64,000 nt of DNA, from the NCBI GenBank assembly GCA_047967505.1, contig CM106538.1; one strand, given 5' to 3'. Position numbers and translations under genes: made by a program. The notes beneath the pieces were generated by a model that saw nothing but the letters and a program-made list of their open reading frames with translations, did not search any database and had not been told where the DNA came from. This document shows, in pieces, positions 1 through 10,149 of this stretch (position 1 is the first letter of the stretch; the number at the start of each line of letters is the position of its first letter). The stretch comes from Dipteris shenzhenensis. Taxonomy: Eukaryota.

Positions 1-1150
1 CTTCCAACATCATGCTTTCTGAGATGTGTATAAATCCACCCAACAAATCTAGTACAATAGAATTTGTTTCTTTCCTTGCATTTCTAACATATACTGGTTT
101 TGGCAATAGAGGATTCTTAATGCCTTGACCTTGAAGTGCATTTACAAAGACATTATACATAGCTAAGTACCCTTGCCGACTAATGCCAGTAGCATCACAT
201 GCATGGATAACTTTCGATGGATCTACAAGATTCTCTAAATTAGTTGCAACCTATTGTAATATTGCATGTCGCAATGCATGCGGACGAGGGTCCCTAAGAA
301 TCGAAATGAATTCTTTCTTCTTAACTACACTCTTTACAGCACAAAGTTTGTCAGAGGAATTTCTTCCAATAACCTCTTCCATAAAATTTCTGTAGAAATC
401 ATGATAACATTAGAAAAATAAATGACTCATTTGTAAGTAATGCTTCATAATTAAAAATAGTCCAAATATACATACCTTGTAGCTTTCACCCTGTGTTTCC
501 TTGCTCTACCACCATTTCCTTGCTCCACCACCATATGCCAAGCTCTCCATTGGTTGCATGGGCTTGATCCTATGCTTGTAACCTAGAGGGGTTCTTTTTA
601 TCCTTTCTAATCTCCTAGTCAATGTAGCAAGCTCTTGTTGGATATACCAAGCCTTTTTCAACAGTTTGTTCTTCTCATTTATTAATCTTGTGATTGTCTC
701 TTGTAACCTCTCTTTTGTAATTTTTGAGTCAGCAAGTTTTTTTGGTTCTTGGGTGAGTTGTTCTTGGAGGTTATGCACGATATCTCTAAGTATCTTTGTC
801 TCTCCTTCCATTCTCAACAAGTGAACCTTTGCAAAGTGTGCTTCAGCATTGGAATGGCCGATGCATTAACAATATCCTACTAAGCCTTGAAGACCATCGC
901 CTATGTATTGAATCAAACTCGTCACATTTTCAAACAAAGGTGGAGCACTTGTCAAAGGATCCATTGGATAGAGTCCACCAACACTTCATAAGTCGACATG
1001 CTTTATTCCTTGTTGTCATAATTGATCTAGTGTATCTTTGCCGACAACCTTGTGACCATAACATTAACGAGTTGTGGCATACTTTGGTGTAACTTCGATG
1101 TGCAAGGTGCTTTTTTGTGGCTCGTTGGTGCGATCTTCCAATGGAGCCAT
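1..1150 (-). pseudogene. Spliced pseudogene, 5' part; putative RAG1/Transib-like DDE transposase N-terminus (continues beyond the left edge of the window)
   Basis: ATG at 1150. Exon 1 runs to 476, followed by a GT-AG intron at 475-390 and exon 2 at 389-1. Removing a 19-bp tandem duplication (496-533) gives ...KPMQPMESLAYGGGARKHRVKATR/NFMEEVIG...VKSVV...VDPSKVIHACDATGISRQGYLAMYNVF...LLPKPVYVRNARKE. Several in-frame stops are present (e.g. TAG at 251-253). The family call is by remembered motif resemblance only. Confidence 0.45.
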
Positions 1151-1719
1151 GAGAGGGATTTAGAAATAAGGCCTTGGATTAGTTTAAAGAATAGAATAGC
1201 ATCAATGGAAATAAGTTTGGGACAATGGAAAGATATAATAGCATCAATGGAAGCAAGTTTGGGACAAAATGATGAGAAAAAACTGGATTTGGGTGTTGCA
1301 AAGTGCTTACGATAGAAGAGTATGAATGTGGGATTGGAAGATGATTATAGTGAGAAGGAGTAGGATTTAGATGTTGAAAAGTGATTGGGTACATAGGCAT
1401 GCTTTGGAGGAAAGTTTTGAAGAGTTTTGGGCCATTTTGGTCACTTTTGAAAATTTTCAAATTTTTGGGCTAGGGTGTACCCGCGAGATACTTTTTGGGA
1501 ATGTGGACCACCTAAAGGTTGTAAAGAGAGTTAAGTTTTTGAGAGTGGGGGGGGGCCTCCAACTGGGAGAGGGAGGCGCACTTTTGGGGACCAGCAAGGA
1601 CTTAGGGAGATGTACTGTTTAGAAGGCCTTATTAGTTCTTAATCCATTTTTGCTAATCCACTCCTTATGAGGCCCTTTTTGAGTCCAAAATTCCCTAATG
1701 AGCACACTTATACATATGT

Positions 1720-2480
1720 AGAGTATTCATGCACAATGCATGGTAAGAATGTGGAAATATGGATGTCAAACCGTGCAAATGCTATGTGATCCACATCTCA
1801 AAATTTGAAATCACAAATATCTTATTCTCATTAAGGCCTATGCAAATTATCATACCCATCGGATACATGCACATATGCTAGAAGCACATCGATGCATATT
1901 TTTAACACTCATGCATAATGCATGAATAGAATTATGGAAACATCATCAATCTACATCAAGATTTGAGAGAAAAATCATATTTCTCTCATTAAGGCATATT
2001 CAAAATATCATACCCATTGGACACACACACATACGGTATAAGCACACCAATGCATATTTTTAACACTCATGCATGGTAAGAATTGTGTAAATATGCATAC
2101 TTGACCATGCAAATGATATACGATCCACATCAAACTTTGCAAGCACAATTATATTACTCTCATTAAGGCAAATGCAAAGTACCATACCCATTGCACACAC
2201 ACACACACATATTCTAGTTCAACAAAATGTTGAATAGTTTTAATACTCATGCACAATGCATGGTAAGAAATGTGAAAATATGCATGCAAAACCATGCAAA
2301 CAATACCCGATCCATGTAAAAGCTAGCAATAAAAAGGTTATTAATCTCATTAAGGACCTTGGAAAGTATCATATCCATCAGACATAAACACATTTACTAG
2401 AAGCACACCGATGAATAATTTTACCACTGATGCACGATGCATGGTAAGAAATGTCAAATATGCATGCCCAACCTTGCGAA
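1720..2480. repeat. Degenerate tandem repeat, ~160-180-bp unit, ~4.3 copies
   Basis: The motif (a/t)ctcatgcacaatgcatggtaagaa recurs at about 1725, 1908, 2066, 2245 and 2426, and ctcattaagg...catacccat recurs in each unit. Confidence 0.85.
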
Positions 2481-2605
2481 TGATACTTGATCCAGGATTG
2501 ATAGAATCATTGGGCTAATAATTTGGCGGCTTAATTTATTTGCAAGCCTCAAAATGATGATTAGTATGCATAAAAGAGTGTATTTAAGAATTCCCAATAT
2601 CATTG

Positions 2606-2840
2606 CATGCACAAGCCAGCCTAGTGAAAATAGTTTGCATGTAAAGGGCCCAGTGGAAATAGTTTCCATGATTACCCCCACGTATTTTAAGGATTATGGA
2701 TCTTAGTGCATGAACAAGCCTGATGGAAATACGCTGCATGTAAAGTTCCTTGTGGAAATATTCTACATGGGTACCCCTACCTATTTTAAGGATTATTGAT
2801 CTCAATGCATGCACAATCTTGATGTAAATAGCTTCCATTT
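2606..2840. repeat. Degenerate tandem repeat, ~100-bp unit, ~2.3 copies
   Basis: gcatg(c/a)acaa...gcatgtaaag...tattttaaggattat recurs at about 2606, 2708 and 2807. Confidence 0.75.
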
Positions 2841-3759
2841 TGCATTTATTGTGCATGTGCTAGAAACAATTTTCCCCTTTTAAGGATCTAATCGGCTTGC
2901 TAGGGTGATCTAAAGAATCCTAATTTGCTACTATGCTCCACTACTCATCCACTGCATAGTTCCAGGTTCTATGACCATCTACTACTCATCTGCTCACTTG
3001 TTCCAACATCCTAATCTCCCTTACCTTTGTTCATCTATTCATCTTCACCATGCCTACTCAAATGTACACACTCATCCCAGTTCTATCTTCTTCTTTCTCC
3101 AAGATTGTCATATTTCATTGCACACAAATTTATATGCCTACAATTGTGTACACTCTTGAGTACAGTAGCAGTTCCTTGCAAATCTTAGCATCTTCGACTC
3201 GTATGAGTTGGGGGAAGCTGAAATGTATCTAGTTGCTTTCTATGGTTGCTTTACAAATGTTGATGAAATAATTAGGATTTGAATGGAACGGTTTGATTGT
3301 CCGACTCATAGGCCTTGGACAGGGCCTCCAATTTTGTAATTTGGAGCCTCTTTGGACCACAAATGATTTGGTGTTTTGGGATGCCACTAGATTGACTTTG
3401 TGCCTGGCTCACCATTTGTCTTCCCATTTAGGAATTGTGCACATGATACAAAACTCATCCTTATGGAAATGTGACATGCCCTAGGTCTTATTAACCCTTT
3501 AGAATAGAGAGTTTCAGTTAATAGATTTTAGGATTACACTTAAAATGGTAGAAAATATATAAAGCAATTCTAGAGTATGCCATACACACATTCTTTTACT
3601 TTCCTTTTCATGAATAATATTATTAATACTTTGCATAGTAACAAAATGAAATTAGTGATTCTCCATTTTGAGTTGAGAATAATAAAAAATGAATCAGTAG
3701 AAGTTTTAGGACAACCTTGGATTTGTTTTGCATCGTAGCATGGGCACATATAAATTGGC

Positions 3760-4125
3760 ACAAATCCAATGGATTTTGGATCAACAATGAGGACACTCGA
3801 GATTGGGGATATTATTTTGGGTTCACTTGGATTCAGAGGGGTGTTTGCATGAAGCATTTGGGATGCCAGGTAGGTGTGGACATCTCTCCTGCACATCAGT
3901 CTTTTCATGTGCTGGAGAGCCTAAGGAGGAAACTAGACTTGGCAGCTAGGGCTATGGTAGTCAACCAGGTGTTACTAGCCATAGCTTGGTTTGTTTGCTC
4001 ATGTTGGAGGTGCTGCTCTAGGGACAATATCAGTCAACTCAAGAGACCTGTCAAAACTTTTTGTGGAGTGGACTTGATGGGACAACAGATACCATACTAG
4101 GGGTGGCTTTGGGAGACCCTCATAT
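3760..4125 (+). mobile_element. L1-clade LINE ORF2 fragment (post-RT region), left part, interrupted by Copia A
   Basis: KHLGCQVGVDIS...LDLAARAMVVNQVLLAIAWFVCSCW and ...WETLI are typical of the plant L1 ORF2 region after the RT core. Confidence 0.7.
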
Positions 4126-4295
4126 TGAGAGTGCTCTCAACGGAAGCAAGAGTGGAAGAGGGAGAGAGAGAAACAGAGAGCCACACAAGTTTTGGTGGGT
4201 GCAGAACACCCTAATCTTCTTTTTCATTCATTTATATATGTGTTTGAGTATTGTACATAACTGGGGTAAAGGCACAATGACCTTTAACCCCCACA
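4126..4295 (-). repeat. 3' LTR of Copia A (170 bp)
   Basis: Direct repeat of 9415-9584, preceded on the minus strand by the PPT. Confidence 0.95.
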
Positions 4296-7200
4296 ACCTC
4301 CCACTTAAAGGACAATGTGCCTTTAAGGGAGAAAAACTAATGAGCATACTATCCTATGCCCATCAATACATGACAATACTTAAACCGCTGACTAGGTAGA
4401 CTCTTTGTCAGCATATCTACAGGGTTATCATCTATATGGACCTTGACAAGCTCTATGCACTTGTCCTCAGGTACCTACCTGATGAAATGGTACCTAATCT
4501 CAATGTGTTTGGTCTTTGCATGAAAGACCAGATTCTGTGCTAGCTGAATAGCACTCATGGAATCACTATGCAATGTCGGTACACCTGTATGAGTCCCCAA
4601 ATCTCCCACTAGCTGATCAAGCCATATATCCTCCTTGCAACCCTCTGTGGCTACAACATACTCAGCCTCTATGGTAGACAAAGCAATGCACTTCTGTGCA
4701 TGAGACATCCACAACACTGCACCACGTGCCAAGGTGAACACATAACCAGAAGTGGATCTCCTACTATCCACATGCCCTGCATGGTCTGAATCTGTGTACC
4801 CAAGTACACACATGTCTCCTCTACCAAAGCAGATGCACATCTCCTTGGTACCCTTCATGTACCTCATAATGTACTTAACTGCCTCCCAATGCCTCTTTCC
4901 TGGATTAGCCATATACCGGCTAACAACTCCCACTGCAAATGCAATGTTTGGTCTAGTAGCTATCATAGCATACATAAGACTCCCAACCGTTGATGCATAA
5001 GGAACCTTGGCCATCATGGCCCTCTCCTCATCTGATTTTGGTACTATCTATATGACTCAGTTTCACAGATGCTACACCATGTAAATTTCCTCATGCAGAT
5101 CCCCTTGCAAAAAAGTTGTCTTGACATACATTTGCATAAGCTCCACATCCTCTACTGCCACTAGTCCAAGCATGCATCTAAGTGTGGTCATCTTCACAAC
5201 CGGAGAGAATATCTCATCAAAGTCTGCACCCTTCTCTTGCTTGAACCCTTTAGCGACCAAACGGGCCTTATACCTAGGCACATCATCACCTGTGACCATC
5301 TTGTAGACGCATTTACATGGCAATGCTTTCCTTCCATCTGGCAAAGAAACCAAGTCCCAAGTCTTATTCTTCATGAATGAAATCTCTGGTTGCATAGCAT
5401 ACTCCCACTTGCATTGATCCTCATGCATCATAGCCTCTCTGTAGCAAGAAGGCTCTCGGTAATCAGTAAGCATCACATAGTCTACCCCTGGAACAAACCT
5501 ACCAGGCAGTCTAGACACTCTAGATGATCTTCTCAAGGGCATTTCAGCTTTCTGTCCCACCTGCATATCAGCTGCATTTGGCTCATCATTTCCACCAATA
5601 CATGATCCATCATCTACCCTTGATTGTATACTTGTGGGAGTACTTGGTGGTACCACTTCTTGCACATTTGGTGCATGGACAACTTGCTGTCTATCAACAT
5701 ATGTAGGTGGATTCACATCTTGGAAAGTGATTCTCCTCATTTCCACATCCCTCATGGGTGCCTTATGCACCTTCTTCTCATTGAAGACTACATCATGGCT
5801 ACGTATGATCTTCTTTGCTTCTGGATCCCAAAGACGATAGCCCATCTCTCCACTTTCACCATAACCCAGAAAGATGCATTTCCTAGACTTAGGATCTAGC
5901 TTCTTTCGAAGCTCTTTTGGCACATGTGCATATGCCTCACACCCAAATATATGCAAATGAGAGTAAGAGGGCTTCTTGCCACTCCATACCTCTTTAGGAA
6001 TACCACCATCCAAACTCTTACTAGGTGATCTATTGATCACATGCACTGTAGTCTTCATTGCCTCAGCCCAAGAACCACCAGAAAGACTTGCATTGGAAAG
6101 CATGCATTGCAACCTTTCTTGAATGCTATGGTTCATCTTTTCTGTAACTGGATTTTGGTCTGGAGTATGAGGGGATGTGGGCTCCCTCTTAATCCCACAT
6201 GTATCATAGAAATGCTGAAAGTCATGAGAGAGATACTCTCCACCATTGTCAGTCTGTAGGCATTTAAGCGTTCTACTTGACTGATTCTCAACCAAGGCCA
6301 GCCATTTCTGAAATACCTAGAACACATCACTCTTTCGAGCTATGGCATAAGCCCACATTTTCCATAGGCATTTAAGAATTCTACCTGACTAATTCTCAAC
6401 CAAGGCTGGCCATTTCTGAAATACCTAGAACACATTACTCTTCCGAGCTATGGCATAAGCCCACATTTTCCTAGTTGCATCATCAATGAATGCCACATAG
6501 TATTCAGCCCCACCTAATGATCGTGTAGGCATGGGACCACATACATCTGAATGCACCAAATCAAGCTTTTGAAACTCTTTCTTTCCCCTTCTTTTATGGG
6601 TTGATTTAGTCTACTTCCCATAAAGACAGTGCTCACAAAATTCAAAATAAGAGAAACTCAAATGCGGTACATAACCCAAACGGCATAAGAGTCTCATACC
6701 ATTTTGGCTCATATGGCCCAACCGGCAATGCCATAAAGAAGTGCTTGGCTACTCTGGTTATTGCAACAACATGATCAAACAACCCTGATATATGTAAGGG
6801 ATACAAAGTCCCACACTTGGCACCCCTGGCCAAAAGCATAGAGCCCTTCTGAATTTTCCAACTCTGAAAGCCAAAAGTGGTGTGAAAACCAGCATCATCT
6901 AGATAACCCACTGAAGTAAGACTCTTGGTCAACTTAGGCACATGTCTCACATGTTTCAAAACAAATACAAACCCATTTGCAAAAGAAAAATTTATGTCAC
7001 CTGCTCCCACTATGTCACATGCATAGTCATGTCCAAGATGCACACAACCTATCTTTCCATTGACATAAGTGGAGAACCATTCCCTATGGGGAGTAACATG
7101 GAATGAAGCACTAGAATCCAAAATCCAATCCTGGGAATATGCATCATCTGAAGTGGTTAGCAACTCTGCAGATAAACTAGACATGAAGAGAATGTCATTG

Positions 7201-9414
7201 TCACTATGATGTGTGACTGCATTGATCTCCTCGGTCTTCACTTTTCCTTTGTCCTCCCTTAGACTCTCTTCCTTCTTATTTGCACCCCAATTTGCATTCT
7301 TTTTCTTATCCTTTTGCTCTCTTTTCAGATTGTAGCAATCCTTTTTCATATGGTCCTTCTTGCCACAGTGGTAACACTCAATGTTCCGTGCCCTAAATTA
7401 CGAGACTTCCCGCTTTCTTGGGACTTCCCCTTGAACTGTGATCTACCCCTTTGCACATTTAAGGCTGCATCCTGCTTGTTGCCATCCATAGACTTCCATC
7501 TAATCTCCTCGGCCAACAAGCTACCCACAACATCATCAAATTTTAGTACTCCACCAGGTGCAAAGTTACTGACAGGTGTACAGAAGGTATCCCATGAGGA
7601 TGAACATAAGAGAAATATTGCCTTAGTCTCCGCATCAAAATTCATCTTCTGAACCTGAAGCTGGCTGAAAATAATATTGAATTCATTCAAGTGAGAAGCA
7701 ATGGAGACCCCTTCCTTCATCTGCAGCTCAAACAACCTCTTCATGAGGTAAACTTTATTAGAGGCAGTTTCCTTCTCATAAGTGGCACACAGTTTCTTCC
7801 ACAAATCTTATGTAGTCTGCTCATTTACTATTGTGAAATAAACTGACTTTGCAAGATGAAGTCTAATAGTAGACTTTGCTAATGCATCCAAATCATTCCA
7901 ATCATCCTCAGACATATTTGCAGGCTTAGCTTCAATCCCTGCCAAGGGTTTAATCTGCTTCTTTTGAAAAAGCACATCCCTTATCTGTTCTTTCCACAAA
8001 GAAAAGTTTGTCCCATCAAACTTTTTAATGTTGAAAAACTCCTTTCCAGACATGGAAGAGGATGCCATGATGCAAATAAAGCAAAATCCCAAATGCTAAT
8101 GCCTGCAAGAGAGAATCACACCAAATACTAGGTGTACCCAAATGTGTATGCCACAATAGAGTGAAATATCACCAAAATTCAAAGCTCAAAGCATCAAAAG
8201 ATGCATCCGACTCATGTGCATATACTATGCATCCATATGAGAAAATTTGGCTCAAAAGAAAATGCCAACTACAATGGCAATCCAAAATGCCAATAAGTGC
8301 CAAATGGCTCAAGCATAAACACTATCCATGGGCATATGCATTACCAAGATCTCATCCAGGAGATCATAATACTATCAGTGCATCACCTGCAATGTGTCAA
8401 AGCTGTCCCTCAGCATAAAATAGCATCCATGTGCAAAGCGTCCATAAAAATAGCATCCCACAAGGCAATCTGGGCCTATTAGCACATCCAATAAGTATCA
8501 CAATGCATCCAATTGGCCTAAAAATCATCCACTGCAACCCAATTCACACCACGAATGAGCACACATGGCTCAAACTGCAACCAAAGTGATCTGCATAAGG
8601 TATGCTCAAGAAATCATGGTCCCACGGCAATGACCGCTACTGAAAATAGAACCTAAGATGCCTCAAAATATGGGCGCCATTACATAATCGGACTCAACAA
8701 GAAAATCTGCAAATATCTATCCTCTTCTGGAACTCCAAAATCCCAACCGATGAGTGAGAAATGGGATTCAACACTTATCCACTACCATGTGGCATAAATC
8801 TAAGGTTTCAAAACCTTAGAATGAAAAATGCATAACAAAGAGATGAAATCCAATACACAGAGATCTATAACTCTGAAAATACTCCACCAAATCGCATAAG
8901 AACTAATAGGTAGGGGTTTTTGGGTGTTTGGAATGCAATGGGATAGACGGTTTTGGAAACCGTGGTCTCAATCACTGGGTCCAACACACGGACTGAAAAA
9001 CGTTTTTGGAAATAGAGCTATTTGTAAACTCCACCGGAGTGTGAATGATGAGCAACATAGAAGTTTTAGGACCTCTTGAGTCCATCGGAATTGACAGATC
9101 TGCAAATAATTGCTCCAAACTTGAGTTCCAACACCCGGGTAAACACCAAAAGCAAGCAATAGCTGCCTTCGTCGAACGGAATAGGGAAAAGCTTAAAAAA
9201 TGAGTTTTTCTTTGAAAACACTTAACAGGCTCTCAAAACCACTTCGCAAAACCAAAATGACTTTCCAAAGGTTCCTTCAAGGTCTCTACGCACTCGGATG
9301 CAAGTAAAGTCACCCACAAAGCTTCCCACAGAGCTTCTCCTTCCTCCCATAGAGCTGCTGAGCTTCTAGGCATTCACATACACTCAGCTAGATCACCCAG
9401 GCTCTGATACCAGT

Positions 9415-9584
9415 TGAGAGTGCTCTCAACGGAAGCAAGAATGGAAGAGGGAGAGAGAGTAATAGAAAGCCACACAAGTTTTGGTGGGTGCAAAACACCC
9501 TAATCTTGTTTTTCATTCATTTATATATGTGTTTGAGTATTGTACATAACTGGTGTAAAGGCACAATGACCTTTAACCCCCACA
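9415..9584 (-). repeat. 5' LTR of Copia A (170 bp)
   Basis: Followed on the minus strand by the tRNA-iMet PBS at 9401-9412. Confidence 0.95.
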
Positions 9585-9850
9585 CATACTCCCCAATGAG
9601 GAAGAGGGTCTTAATATCATTGACCTTGACTTGCAGTGCAGGGCTCTGCTCTGGCTCTACAAGATAGTGTTTAGAGAATTGATGCTGGGATAGGAGCCTT
9701 GGAAGGATTTTTTTCATTTGTAGCATACAAACATGTACTCCCACCTCAAGAGGAGAGTGGATGGACATCATGAAGGAAGATATGATAGTGGGAGAACTGG
9801 TGACTTGGTTCTTTTGAGTGGAATACCTATTTAACCTGAGTATGGAATGA
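9585..9850 (+). mobile_element. L1-clade LINE ORF2 fragment, right part
   Basis: Rejoining across the TSD restores ETLI-LPNEEEGLNIIDLDLQCRALL, the plant L1 W....LPK..GGLG motif. Confidence 0.7.
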
Positions 9851-9852
9851 GT

Positions 9853-10140
9853 GTAGTTTTTCATTAAAGAATGCAAACTTAACATTCATCTGATGCAAGT
9901 CTAACTTCATATTACATGCAAGAGAGTATAAGATGGACTATCTTCATCCTTGGGAACAATGCAAATGTCTCTTCATAGTTAATGTTCTTCTCTTGAGCAT
10001 ATTCTTTTGCTACCAATATTGCCTTATATTTGTCTCTACTTTCATCAACTTTGTGCTAGACCTCGTAGACCTATTTGCAGCCAATGACACTCTTTTTCTT
10101 AGGTGGTTCCACCCATTCTAAGTCATCATATTTCAAAAGG
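9853..10140 (-). mobile_element. Old Copia reverse-transcriptase fragment (not in the ORF track)
   Basis: Manual translation gives KVDESRDKYKAILVAKEYAQEKNINYEETFA and LHQMNVKFAFFNEKL, degenerate versions of YKARLVAKG and QMDVKTAFLNG. Confidence 0.8.
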
Positions 10141-10149
10141 GTAGTATAT

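Larger units (their letters stand above)
4126..9584 (-). mobile_element. Ty1/Copia LTR retrotransposon A (Tnt1/Tork-like), defective; same family as element B
   Basis: LTRs at 9415-9584 and 4126-4295 (TG...CA). PBS tggtatcagagc (tRNA-iMet) at 9401-9412. PPT aagtgggaggt next to 4296. TSD CATAT/CATAC. The gag, protease (WILDSSAS), integrase (TDNGGEY), RT and RNase H (TKHIEIRYHFIR) ORF fragments lie in Copia order, with frameshifts. Confidence 0.96.

Noticed and set aside
2900-3480. Possible second gene (e.g. a RAG2-like partner) near the RAG1-like gene
   Set aside because: The region is only weakly coding-like, with stops in all frames and no kelch or PHD motifs, and its position does not match the convergent ProtoRAG layout.
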